This document shows, in pieces, positions 17,572 to 26,150 of a stretch of 64,000 nucleotides of DNA; positions within the stretch are counted from its first letter, which is position 1; the number at the start of each line of letters is the position of its first letter. The stretch covers positions 47,606 to 111,605 of the IMG/VR virus record IMGVR_UViG_2974496990_000001. One strand, given 5' to 3'. The position numbers and the translations under genes were made by a program. This stretch comes from a virus. A model generated the notes under the pieces. That model had not been told where the DNA came from and did not search any database. It was given only the letters and a program-made list of their open reading frames with translations.

Positions 17572-17600
17572 ACTATATCACACCTATCTAGGTTGTAAAC
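17572..17600 (-). promoter_or_regulatory. Early promoter of denV
   Basis: GTTTAC...TATAGT. Confidence 0.75.
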
Positions 17601-17601
17601 C

Positions 17602-17889
17602 TTATTTTGTCAGGTCTTGAATTTTTGAAATAAGCTTATCTTTCTTAATGCCTTTATGATAGTCTTTACCAACCATCATGTAGTAAGTACCCTTAGTTGG
17701 GTCGTAGTTAATAGATACGCGAGTACCATTAACATCTACATCACGCTGGTTCAGAACACGGCTTACACGACCGAATGCTTTAGCAAGATCGGACTCAATA
17801 GCTTCAACACCGGCGCGTGCGCCTGCTTCTAATTCTTTGCCGGACATTTCGCGTTTGGCTTCGTTGATAAATTCATTATAAGTTTTCAT
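17602..17889 (-). CDS. Internal head protein (capsid-targeting sequence)
   Basis: N-terminal [10 protein letters not shown] matches the T4 CTS; lies at the ipII/ipIII locus. Confidence 0.8.
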   Translation of the reverse strand: MKTYNEFINEAKREMSGKELEAGARAGVEAIESDLAKAFGRVSRVLNQRDVDVNGTRVSINYDPTKGTYYMMVGKDYHKGIKKDKLISKIQDLTK

Positions 17890-17897
17890 TTTGTTCC

Positions 17898-18173
17898 TTA
17901 TTTCTTAGAATAATCTGCCATCAGAGCAGCGACATCACTCAGTTTCTTGCCGAACAGATAATCAACTTCATTACCTTTCTTATCAACGATCTGCCACTGA
18001 CCAGAACCTTTGTTGCCGAAGGTATAATCGCCTACTTTATAAGAAAATCCACCGACTTTCTTGATCGGAGTAAAAGTGAAACCACCTTTCTTAGCCAGGA
18101 ATTCCATACGACGCAGGTCATCAGCGTCTTCGTTTAACTGGGCTTCGGTGATAAATTCATTATAAGTTTTCAT
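17898..18173 (-). CDS. Internal head protein (capsid-targeting sequence)
   Basis: Start moved to [10 protein letters not shown] (CTS). Confidence 0.8.
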   Translation of the reverse strand: MKTYNEFITEAQLNEDADDLRRMEFLAKKGGFTFTPIKKVGGFSYKVGDYTFGNKGSGQWQIVDKKGNEVDYLFGKKLSDVAALMADYSKK

Positions 18174-18657
18174 ATGCTTTCCAGGTTCCTGTTTTGAAAG
18201 TTGCAATCACGCGACGAGCGCGATTTGGAGTTTGAGTTTTATACCAACGTGAATCGGCCAGCTCAATTGCTGCAGCGTCCCACTGTTTTGCTTTCAGAAG
18301 ACGCATACCTTTAGGGAAGCCGGCAACACCAGCTACACCCATCTGGAATACCATGTTAATTAATGCACAACGACGAACTTCATCAAGTACATCATAAACT
18401 GGTTTCAGGGTAGCATTAGCTAATATGCCTTTACGAGCCTTTTCTACAGAACCATTAAACAATTCTTCAGCTTCACGTTGTGTAATACGACCATCACATA
18501 TACGACCCATCAATTTATCTAAAGCATCACGAGCGACGTCTTTAGATGGGTTCTTAGTAATCAGCTGGCCTATACCGATGGTCCAAAAGCCTTCGGTGTC
18601 TTTATACAATTCTAATTTGCAACCTTCGTCGATACGAAGCATGCCAAAAATGTCCAT
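18160..18657 (-). CDS. e: Endolysin, T4 lysozyme
   Basis: [22 protein letters not shown] (catalytic E11/D20/T26), [10 protein letters not shown]. Confidence 0.97.
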   Translation of the reverse strand: MDIFGMLRIDEGCKLELYKDTEGFWTIGIGQLITKNPSKDVARDALDKLMGRICDGRITQREAEELFNGSVEKARKGILANATLKPVYDVLDEVRRCALINMVFQMGVAGVAGFPKGMRLLKAKQWDAAAIELADSRWYKTQTPNRARRVIATFKTGTWKAYENL

Positions 18658-18660
18658 AGG

Positions 18661-18690
18661 ACCTCCTATCTATTGATAGGAGTATTTATC
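18661..18690 (-). promoter_or_regulatory. SD-sequestering hairpin and late-promoter variant of gene e
   Basis: Minus strand GATAAATA CTCCTATC-AATA-GATAGGAG GT. Confidence 0.75.
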
Positions 18691-19165
18691 AGCCTACAGA
18701 CTTACTCTCTTTTGGAAACAGTCGTTGCATAACATTGAACAGACTTGGCCCCATTACATAGTTCCACATACTTGGTTTAATCAATGCAAAGCGATCAATT
18801 TCTGGGAAACGTTCACCTGTTTCAGAGTCTTCATGGTATGCCGTACAAACACAATCCTTGAACTGCTCGTGGCGGACAGGGAGCGGATAAAGGAACACAT
18901 GCAAATCTTTATTACTTGCATATTTCTGACGTCCTAGGTCCACCAGGAGTGATGCATCATAATCAGTGAAACCTGTTTCTTCCCAGCATTCACGGATTGC
19001 TGCACGTAGAGGAGTTTCACCTTCTTCGACATGACCTTTTGGAATGTCCCAACGAGAAGGCATTCCAGGGCCGAGTCCTGAATTAGTAACACGCCCCATA
19101 AACAGTTCTTTATCTTCAGTGAAGAACATAATACCGGCTGATACTTCTTTCTTAATTACGGCCAT
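18689..19165 (-). CDS. nudE: Nudix hydrolase NudE
   Basis: Nudix box PKGHVEEGETPLRAAIRECWEETG; start moved to MAVIKKEVSAG. Confidence 0.92.
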   Translation of the reverse strand: MAVIKKEVSAGIMFFTEDKELFMGRVTNSGLGPGMPSRWDIPKGHVEEGETPLRAAIRECWEETGFTDYDASLLVDLGRQKYASNKDLHVFLYPLPVRHEQFKDCVCTAYHEDSETGERFPEIDRFALIKPSMWNYVMGPSLFNVMQRLFPKESKSVG

Positions 19166-19661
19166 TTCGGCATCCTTTAATAAATGAATCAAATTCGTCC
19201 CGTTTTGCTTGTTTCTTTTCTCTTGCTCTAAGAACCGGATAATGAATACCATAAGCCACAATACCAGTGAGAAGAGCAAGAGCACCACCTACTAATACAG
19301 AGAAAATTACCCATGGGATAGCGCAAGCTAATGAAACAAAGATTGCTCCTGCAATAGGTAGGCCTTTAGCCATAAAGATAGGCCATAAAATGAAATACAC
19401 CAAAAGTGGATAACCAATCCACCCAAGAGAGTGAATGCCTACATCGACATTGCGGTCTATATTATCATACCAATATTCTTTTTCGTTTGGGTCTTTTTCT
19501 TTCTTAGGTTGATATCCAGCCACTTGACACCCCATATTATATTCCTCGATCAGACTTTGTTTTAAGTCTTCAGGACAACCAGTCCAATCAATCCAGTTCT
19601 CTGAACAACCCCAACAGGGATCATCCAATTGTCGCCAATCAATTTGATGAATGGCCATCAC
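19152..19661 (-). CDS. Membrane protein (e.2/e.4-like)
   Basis: Two to three TM segments; C-terminal FDSFIKGCR. Confidence 0.7.
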   Translation of the reverse strand: MMAIHQIDWRQLDDPCWGCSENWIDWTGCPEDLKQSLIEEYNMGCQVAGYQPKKEKDPNEKEYWYDNIDRNVDVGIHSLGWIGYPLLVYFILWPIFMAKGLPIAGAIFVSLACAIPWVIFSVLVGGALALLTGIVAYGIHYPVLRAREKKQAKRDEFDSFIKGCRNGRN

Positions 19662-20362
19662 CAGCCTTCCATTGGGAACTCAAGATAAACCTGAGCGTTC
19701 ACACGAATTTCGTTGGTAATCTTTTTGACTCGGTCTGTATTACGAGAGACTCGACCGAACCAGCGCCAACCGTTAAGAACAGCTTTCGAACCAGTGTGCC
19801 ACGTCGCATGGTTAAATTCAAGCAAAGTACGGTCTGGGGCTTCCCACTTTTGGAGAGTTCCTTCTTCAATGTGACGAAGTACTTCCGGGTGCCAATGCTT
19901 ATAAATTGTTTTTCCTTCAGGCACTTCAGAGAACTCAGCCACCCCGGTAGCAAAATGAGTAGGACACACGTCAGCATTAACGAGCCCAATAATATGTTCA
20001 GACAAGTAACGAGGGTTATCATAATCAGGTTGTCCGGCTGTAAGGAAATGTTGTCCTGCTGGAATATCAGGGCGTGGTACGTCGTCATGGTGATAACCAG
20101 GGATAGCAGGGTACCAGCCAGGCATCAGCATATGGATACGTGTGTCAATTACGACTTCTTCTTTGTTCCAGTCATCAGGCAGATTCATGATGAAGCTACG
20201 AGTGATAGGACCGCCATTATCAAAAGCGAAAGCCAATGAACTATTGAAGAACATTGTTTCGTTCTTGATTTTATCGTTATCAATACGACCAGCAAAACTA
20301 CCTACAGCACGAGCTTGAGAATCAAAAGTTTTTGGACCATTCATAATATTTTTCTCACTCAA
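19658..20362 (-). CDS. Putative 2OG-Fe(II) dioxygenase-fold protein
   Basis: GYHHDD (HxD), distal WH, and WRWFGR pattern. Confidence 0.55.
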   Translation of the reverse strand: MSEKNIMNGPKTFDSQARAVGSFAGRIDNDKIKNETMFFNSSLAFAFDNGGPITRSFIMNLPDDWNKEEVVIDTRIHMLMPGWYPAIPGYHHDDVPRPDIPAGQHFLTAGQPDYDNPRYLSEHIIGLVNADVCPTHFATGVAEFSEVPEGKTIYKHWHPEVLRHIEEGTLQKWEAPDRTLLEFNHATWHTGSKAVLNGWRWFGRVSRNTDRVKKITNEIRVNAQVYLEFPMEGW

Positions 20363-20552
20363 GAGTTATCAGACAGATTTCGATTTGACCTGTGGCCATG
20401 TTCAGACATTGAACATCATTCAACCTTAAGCCTACTTGGCCTGTATTAGTAATGCCGAGTTCAGTTTTCTCACCTTTAACGGTTGTTTCAGTGTAAGTAA
20501 CATCACAGCCTACAAGAGCCATTGCAATAAAAATCATAGCTAAAGTTTTCAT
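20355..20552 (-). CDS. Small lipoprotein
   Basis: MKTLAMIFIAMALVG-C lipobox. Confidence 0.75.
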   Translation of the reverse strand: MKTLAMIFIAMALVGCDVTYTETTVKGEKTELGITNTGQVGLRLNDVQCLNMATGQIEICLITLE

Positions 20553-20576
20553 TTCATCTCCTTGGTTGGTAGGAAG

Positions 20577-20606
20577 ACTATAACATGCCTTCCTACCATT
20601 GTAAAC
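20577..20606 (-). promoter_or_regulatory. Early promoter
   Basis: GTTTACA-N17-TATAGT. Confidence 0.85.
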
Positions 20607-21028
20607 TACTTGCGAACTTGACTTGCGAAGCCTACTGCGATTTCACGTTCTCTGTTCTTAGCGTTTATCAATTGGACTTTCTTATCTTTACGTCCTTGAA
20701 GCCATTTCTTAAGAATACTGTTTGAAGCAATTTCACCAGTTGTTTTACTTAAACGTCCTTGACGGTACAAACGAACATAACGTGCCCAACGAGTCCAGAA
20801 ATAGAACTGTTGTCCTGCAGCAGAAGCCCAGGTGAAGTACCATACCTGAGAAGAGCCTTGGAACCAAGGACCAAAGATGCTTAATCCCCAATAAGTGAAC
20901 ATTGCTGTCATAAATGCACATGCAAAACTAATCATAACCGTAGCAAAGATACAGAAATCTTCACCAGACCAGGATGCATTTTTCCACCACAAATACAGTT
21001 GCTTAATAATCATATTATTTTCCTTCAA
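20606..21028 (-). CDS. Membrane protein
   Basis: Two hydrophobic segments, basic C-terminus. Confidence 0.75.
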   Translation of the reverse strand: MKENNMIIKQLYLWWKNASWSGEDFCIFATVMISFACAFMTAMFTYWGLSIFGPWFQGSSQVWYFTWASAAGQQFYFWTRWARYVRLYRQGRLSKTTGEIASNSILKKWLQGRKDKKVQLINAKNREREIAVGFASQVRK

Positions 21029-21944
21029 ATGGCAGAATCATGTGCTCGTTTTTCTTGAAGCGGTCGATGTAGTCATTCACACCTAGAGTTTTATACATAT
21101 GAACTACTTTGTGGTAGTTTTCCCAAGCGTATTCACGGAACCAACCACTCGTAATCGACGTACAGACCTTCTCTAAGGCCATCATGAAAGAATGCTCTGA
21201 AGATACATTCTGGAAGTTATTAGGAACCTGGGAACGTTCCAGGGCTAACACACATGTCTCTTCGTAGACACCTGCCAGTTTAATAGCTTCAGGCAGCGCT
21301 TCGAACTTTTCACGGCTTGTCATGACTTCAGAACCGTCCTTCATGTAGAAGGTATAAGCAGGCCGGTCTGCCAGAGCTACAGCACGGTGGATTGAATCAT
21401 GGTCCAATGTGTAGATGGTATCGTTAAAGAACGTCGATTTATTCACGTCCAGTTTCGGATGGTTATAGCTCAACGTTTCTTTCTGGCGTTCAGTGACAAT
21501 CAGCTCAAGAGGAGTTGAAAGTTTAACGCCTTTGTTACGAAGGAAACGAATGTGATGCATTGTCTTACGGAAGAACGGATTGTTCTTTTTGAAACGATGA
21601 GAAAGCTTAATAGCCAGGCACATCTCTGGAGTGGCCCAATGGAAGCCTGAAAGATTATCTTTCTTGCATTTAAGATCGGCATAATTCAAAAGCATCGCAT
21701 TCGAATTTGTGTTGTAGCCTTCTTTAACGATATATGCTTCAAAGTAAGTCTCGCGGCCGTTGTGCATACATTTGAAAGCTCGAACGTCTTCGTTTTCTAC
21801 TTCAACTTCAGCACCGAACATACGACCTTTGAAAGCTTCCCAATCAGGTTCTTCTGCGATGAAGTCCCAATCTGAATTTTTAATATCGTCGTAGCCAATC
21901 AAACCGTGGTGCTCAAGAGCACGTGAACCGATAACTAACATCAT
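21015..21944 (-). CDS. Nucleotidyltransferase-like protein
   Basis: N-terminal VIGSRAL...SDWD (GS...DxD); C-terminal helical domain with DHDSIH. Confidence 0.6.
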   Translation of the reverse strand: MMLVIGSRALEHHGLIGYDDIKNSDWDFIAEEPDWEAFKGRMFGAEVEVENEDVRAFKCMHNGRETYFEAYIVKEGYNTNSNAMLLNYADLKCKKDNLSGFHWATPEMCLAIKLSHRFKKNNPFFRKTMHHIRFLRNKGVKLSTPLELIVTERQKETLSYNHPKLDVNKSTFFNDTIYTLDHDSIHRAVALADRPAYTFYMKDGSEVMTSREKFEALPEAIKLAGVYEETCVLALERSQVPNNFQNVSSEHSFMMALEKVCTSITSGWFREYAWENYHKVVHMYKTLGVNDYIDRFKKNEHMILPFEGK

Positions 21945-21973
21945 AATATTTTCCTCTCTGTTTGTGTAGGAGC

Positions 21974-22003
21974 ATCATAACATGGTTCCTACACGTTGTA
22001 AAC
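21974..22003 (-). promoter_or_regulatory. Early promoter
   Basis: GTTTACA-N17-TATGAT. Confidence 0.8.
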
Positions 22004-22005
22004 AC

Positions 22006-22236
22006 TTAAATTTCTTGACAGTATGTGTTGTGGGTTTCGATGTAATCTTCAAGCGAAGAACACACTAACGGGTCAATAGTACCGCCAACATCTTCGTTAT
22101 AAGGGTCGATGCCACAGTGGGCATCTTCGAAGCGCACGCCATAGTCAGACTTCTTGTACGTGATACCGAAGATTTGTTCAAACTTCTTACGAGAGATTTT
22201 GTAGCTCTCTCCGTCACCATTAGGATGATACAGCAT
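22006..22236 (-). CDS. Small acidic hypothetical protein
   Basis: Start moved to MLYHP (GAGG SD). Confidence 0.7.
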   Translation of the reverse strand: MLYHPNGDGESYKISRKKFEQIFGITYKKSDYGVRFEDAHCGIDPYNEDVGGTIDPLVCSSLEDYIETHNTYCQEI

Positions 22237-22243
22237 TTTTACC

Positions 22244-22444
22244 TCAACACTGGTAAGATGAAGAAGCCCAACCATTTACGGTGATACTGTTCCCATCGAC
22301 ACGAATACCGTTATGGAAATCAATACCACTACGGTCTGTGAAGTACATAGTTACATCTTCACGTTCTTCGGCGACGATTTGAAACAGGTTTTCTAATGCT
22401 GCCTGAGCAGTACGAACAGCGCAATCTAATTCACGACGAGACAT
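22244..22444 (-). CDS. WxSSS..C family small protein 1
   Basis: Start MSRRELD (AGGA SD); ends GWASSSYQC. Confidence 0.8.
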   Translation of the reverse strand: MSRRELDCAVRTAQAALENLFQIVAEEREDVTMYFTDRSGIDFHNGIRVDGNSITVNGWASSSYQC

Positions 22445-22721
22445 TTTGATTCCTTCTACACATTTGGATGAAAGCATCGAGTTCATACATTTTAAATTCA
22501 GGTGAATCGACGCTGATAATTTTAGTCCATAAACAACGTATTGGGTCCCAACTCATATCAGGCCAAGTAAACGGGTCTGGTTGCTGTCGATGATACACAG
22601 CTACAGCACGCCTGATATAATCGGTTCCATAAATCGAATGAGCTACATGCGATAATGCTATACATGTTGTCCCATCAAGTCCATCTACTTCAAGATAGCC
22701 ATCGACAATACGAAGTTTCAT
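22431..22721 (-). CDS. Hypothetical protein
   Basis: 96 aa, GGAG SD after an early promoter. Confidence 0.75.
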   Translation of the reverse strand: MKLRIVDGYLEVDGLDGTTCIALSHVAHSIYGTDYIRRAVAVYHRQQPDPFTWPDMSWDPIRCLWTKIISVDSPEFKMYELDAFIQMCRRNQNVSS

Positions 22722-22750
22722 TTTCTACTCCTTTCTAAACAAGTACGGGT

Positions 22751-22780
22751 ATCTTATCACTAAGACACCCGTTTGTAAAC
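22751..22780 (-). promoter_or_regulatory. Early promoter
   Basis: GTTTACA-N17-TAAGAT. Confidence 0.8.
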
Positions 22781-22783
22781 TGC

Positions 22784-23011
22784 TTAGCAACTCTGCATAG
22801 AAGAACTATACCAGAAGCCTTGGTCGTGAGGCAAGTAGTTCTCATCACGAATCCATTTGTAGTCCTCGAATTCACTAGAACTCACAGGAATGTATTCTTC
22901 ATTACCGACAGTGAAGATTTCACCTGTAGCGTCGGCTATGTCTACGCCTTTACTGATAAGGTCACGAATGGCCTTTTCAACATTAGCTACAGTTTCAATT
23001 TTAATAGTCAT
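22784..23011 (-). CDS. WxSSS..C family small protein 2
   Basis: Start MTIKIE (AGGA SD); ends FWYSSSMQSC. Confidence 0.8.
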   Translation of the reverse strand: MTIKIETVANVEKAIRDLISKGVDIADATGEIFTVGNEEYIPVSSSEFEDYKWIRDENYLPHDQGFWYSSSMQSC

Positions 23012-23019
23012 ATGTTTCC

Positions 23020-23250
23020 TTAGCAAGAAGAAGGTTGCCAGATGGAGCCATCGGCTTCAACATTGAATTCACGACCAGTTTCTTCGCCATAACAAGAAGA
23101 GTTATTCCAGTCATCAAAACGCATGCTACCATCAGAGGTATCAAATTCAAAACCAAAAGAATCGGCTGCTGCGAGTTCGCTTACTTTGTTAAACAGAACG
23201 GCCAGTTCTTTAGCCGCTTGTTCGAGTTCAATATTACCAGATACAGACAT
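23020..23250 (-). CDS. WxSSS..C family small protein 3
   Basis: Ends IWQPSSC; internal WNNSSC. Confidence 0.8.
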   Translation of the reverse strand: MSVSGNIELEQAAKELAVLFNKVSELAAADSFGFEFDTSDGSMRFDDWNNSSCYGEETGREFNVEADGSIWQPSSC

Positions 23251-23259
23251 AATAATTCC

Positions 23260-23538
23260 TTAACATTCCATAGAAGAAGATACCCAGCCACCAGATTCGA
23301 GGCTAGTATAATATGAGTGTTGATTAACGACAGCCCAATTAGGATGCCCCATTTCGGTTTCACGTTCAAGGTCTTTTTTCAAAGCGCCGGGCGAATAATA
23401 TGTTCCACCCATACCATACGCTGGTGACATTTCAAAACTTAGACCATATTTGTCGGCTACTTTCTTTGCATGGTTAATAGCTTCGCAAATGGCTGCCTCG
23501 GCAGCAGCCATAGTCAGTTCGGGTTTATGTTTAGACAT
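23260..23538 (-). CDS. WxSSS..C family small protein 4
   Basis: Start MSKHK (TAATG overlap); ends GWVSSSMEC. Confidence 0.8.
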   Translation of the reverse strand: MSKHKPELTMAAAEAAICEAINHAKKVADKYGLSFEMSPAYGMGGTYYSPGALKKDLERETEMGHPNWAVVNQHSYYTSLESGGWVSSSMEC

Positions 23539-23858
23539 TAACACATCTCGCTTGAAGAAATCCAGACGCCTTCAGTAAGATTACCATTACCATCAAGGTC
23601 GTAACCATTACATGAACAAGCGTATTCAATATAATATTCAGATGCATTACTGCCTTTAGGATAATAGGTTTCGCCATTACCGTAATCGCCACGGCTCATA
23701 GAGATGCCGTATTTGTCCATCAGTTGTTCGGCACGTGCCTCATCAACCGGTTCAAGCAGAGCTTCAATGGCCTTACGAGCAGAAGCGGCATCAGTTACCA
23801 GAGGAATACGGGTTTCGATTACTTCCATTGCTTCAGCTTTGTTTTTAGGATTTTTCAT
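23538..23858 (-). CDS. WxSSS..C family small protein 5
   Basis: Ends VWISSSEMC. Confidence 0.8.
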   Translation of the reverse strand: MKNPKNKAEAMEVIETRIPLVTDAASARKAIEALLEPVDEARAEQLMDKYGISMSRGDYGNGETYYPKGSNASEYYIEYACSCNGYDLDGNGNLTEGVWISSSEMC

Positions 23859-24217
23859 TTTCTTCTCACATTTCGAATAAAAAGTTCAGTGGATTTACGC
23901 TCATTCACAAGGTCACGAGCAGCACGTTCGGCAGTCCATTCTTTAAGATGTTTCTTCCACGGCAAATATTCTTTAAAGAAATATTGCACACGTTCACATT
24001 GATAGGTCATATACCAAGTTAATGGAAATCCACAAATCAAATACTTCGTTACTTCAATAACCCAGGGAGCTACTTCATCTTTCATGCCTTTATCAAAGAT
24101 AATCATATCACTAAAACATGCAGCAAGTGCTAATGTGGCAGAGACTAAGGCTGCAATTAGCATAGAGCCAAATTTGTCTAAGTTACGACGGAACATTGGT
24201 TTCATTTTATAACTCAT
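23855..24217 (-). CDS. Membrane protein (e.3/e.4-like)
   Basis: Two TM segments; C-terminal TELFIRNVRRK. Confidence 0.7.
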   Translation of the reverse strand: MSYKMKPMFRRNLDKFGSMLIAALVSATLALAACFSDMIIFDKGMKDEVAPWVIEVTKYLICGFPLTWYMTYQCERVQYFFKEYLPWKKHLKEWTAERAARDLVNERKSTELFIRNVRRK

Positions 24218-24917
24218 TATTGGCCTCTGCTTTCTGGCGTGCTTTAACATTTGTGCGACATTGCTCTACGAAGTCAAGAACAATAACAGATTTATCTTGA
24301 TTGCGAACATTTTCAGCATGAAAATATTGGTCAATCTTAGGGAACCAATATTCTTTTAAAGACTTGTTCCGATCATCAGAATAACCAAGTTTACCTACTT
24401 TTGTATGATACGAGCTAACAATAATGCCAAATGGCTTCTTATTATAAGTGAGCTCAATATGATAAAGGTCATCACGACAATTATTGAAATCACGTACTGA
24501 TTTCTTCAATGATGTCCAGTGGTCTGCTTTATCATTAAATGCAAAGATTGAATATTCAAGTGACTTGATATCAACAATCTTTAATGAACCCTGTGAATCA
24601 AGTTCGGCAAAAAATTTCGTGATATTAGCGATGTCATCAATAACAAATCCAGCGACTAATGCAGCCTTATAATCATCACGGTATGCAGAAAAGCGATGAA
24701 GTTTCCAATCAGAATCAGAACAACTTCCACCACATGGATATTTCGCTGCTGCCTGAACGACTTCAATAGGCACACGGGTTTGCATAGCAAATTGCTGAAT
24801 CATATCCCGTTTTGAACCACTTAAACTACGTGTGATATCAATAACATTATCGGTGTAATCTCCGACTGGCATTTTAGGTTTAGTTTCGTAGCCGCCATCA
24901 CCTTCATAGAAACTCAT
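24207..24917 (-). CDS. Hypothetical protein (e.5 position)
   Basis: 236 aa, GAGG SD. Confidence 0.75.
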   Translation of the reverse strand: MSFYEGDGGYETKPKMPVGDYTDNVIDITRSLSGSKRDMIQQFAMQTRVPIEVVQAAAKYPCGGSCSDSDWKLHRFSAYRDDYKAALVAGFVIDDIANITKFFAELDSQGSLKIVDIKSLEYSIFAFNDKADHWTSLKKSVRDFNNCRDDLYHIELTYNKKPFGIIVSSYHTKVGKLGYSDDRNKSLKEYWFPKIDQYFHAENVRNQDKSVIVLDFVEQCRTNVKARQKAEANNEL

Positions 24918-24951
24918 AATATTTTCCTCAAGAAGTTAATCTTAGTTCTCC

Positions 24952-24975
24952 AAAAGAGAGGGCCGAAGCCCTCTT
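24952..24975 (-). terminator. Rho-independent terminator after e.6
   Basis: AAGAGGGC-TTCG-GCCCTCTCTTTT. Confidence 0.85.
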
Positions 24976-24979
24976 CATA

Positions 24980-25573
24980 TTACTTCAGACTTGCCAGATA
25001 TTCTTCAACATCTGCATCAGTCGTTACAGTGCCAGGTTCAGCAGTGTGGAAGGTGTCGACTTTCATCAGAGTTTCATCGACGCTTACTTTAGTCAGTGCA
25101 GCGATTTCGATTACATCATCGGCAGTTGCGATACCCAGGGCATTTGCAGAGCGAGTTTCACGAATGAACTCAAGTTTCACAGCCAGGTCCTGACGAGCAT
25201 CATCAAGCTCTACAACCTTGGCTTCAATTTCAGAACGCATACCTGCATATTCATCGGCTTTAGTAAGCAGAGCTGCTGCAGTACGACGATACAGAAGACC
25301 CAGTTTAGCGTGAGTACCGACCGGAGAACCATTAGCCAGAAGACGCTTAATTTCTTTTTCTTTACTTTCAGCCAGAGTTGCTTTATCAGCAGCCAGAGCA
25401 CGAATACGTTTTTCTTCATTCACGGACAGAACGTGAGAAGTTTTGAGCTGAGTGATACGGTCAATCAGAGTGTTGGCCGCTTCAGTGTACTGGTCTTCGA
25501 CAGTAGTGTTACGAGCAACGAAAGAACCGAATTTAGCACGGATGAATTCAACCAGTTTTTTCAGAATAGCCAT
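24980..25573 (-). CDS. e.6: e.6-like coiled-coil protein (PspA/IM30-like)
   Basis: 197 aa, [16 protein letters not shown]-terminus, long heptad repeats; T4 synteny. Confidence 0.75.
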   Translation of the reverse strand: MAILKKLVEFIRAKFGSFVARNTTVEDQYTEAANTLIDRITQLKTSHVLSVNEEKRIRALAADKATLAESKEKEIKRLLANGSPVGTHAKLGLLYRRTAAALLTKADEYAGMRSEIEAKVVELDDARQDLAVKLEFIRETRSANALGIATADDVIEIAALTKVSVDETLMKVDTFHTAEPGTVTTDADVEEYLASLK

Positions 25574-25628
25574 TGTTATTTCCTTTCATGTGATTAAGAA
25601 TTAAATTATATCCCGTTTGTGTAGGAGC

Positions 25629-25658
25629 ATACTAACACAACTCCTACACGTTGTAAAC
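25629..25658 (-). promoter_or_regulatory. Early promoter
   Basis: GTTTACA-N17-TAGTAT. Confidence 0.8.
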
Positions 25659-25661
25659 ACT

Positions 25662-25898
25662 TTACTTATAAGTGTTAATCAGTTCTTCCATTTTGTCAAG
25701 AACTTCAATGTCGATGATGTGATACATCGCCGGGTCATCATGATATTTGTTCATGCCTTCATCGATAATACGCTCGACGGTTTGAAGCGCTGCAGTACGT
25801 TCTTCACCTGACGGGAAGTTAGGAGTCTCGCCAAACAGACGAGCAAAAGAACTGAAATACGTTTGTGCTGCAGCTTTGGCTTTATCAGGATAATGCAT
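25662..25898 (-). CDS. Hypothetical protein
   Basis: 78 aa, GAGG SD. Confidence 0.75.
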   Translation of the reverse strand: MHYPDKAKAAAQTYFSSFARLFGETPNFPSGEERTAALQTVERIIDEGMNKYHDDPAMYHIIDIEVLDKMEELINTYK

Positions 25899-25908
25899 TT
25901 TGTTTTCC

Positions 25909-26109
25909 TCACATACGGTTGCCGATTACCAGCTGAGCCGTAGGCCAGTTAGTAACAGAATACTCGATTACATCTTTAACATCTTTAGCTTCAACAATAT
26001 CGGTCACATGATACTCATGGTCACCTGTGTTCAGGATTGCACGATAATGAGTAACTTCACCGAAATCGTTAGTGATTTCATGAATTGTAGAAGTATTGAA
26101 AGTTGTCAT
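25909..26109 (-). CDS. Hypothetical protein
   Basis: 66 aa, GGAG SD. Confidence 0.75.
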   Translation of the reverse strand: MTTFNTSTIHEITNDFGEVTHYRAILNTGDHEYHVTDIVEAKDVKDVIEYSVTNWPTAQLVIGNRM

Positions 26110-26150
26110 TTTATTCTCCAGTGGTTTTCATCATTTGTTTCGATGAAGCT

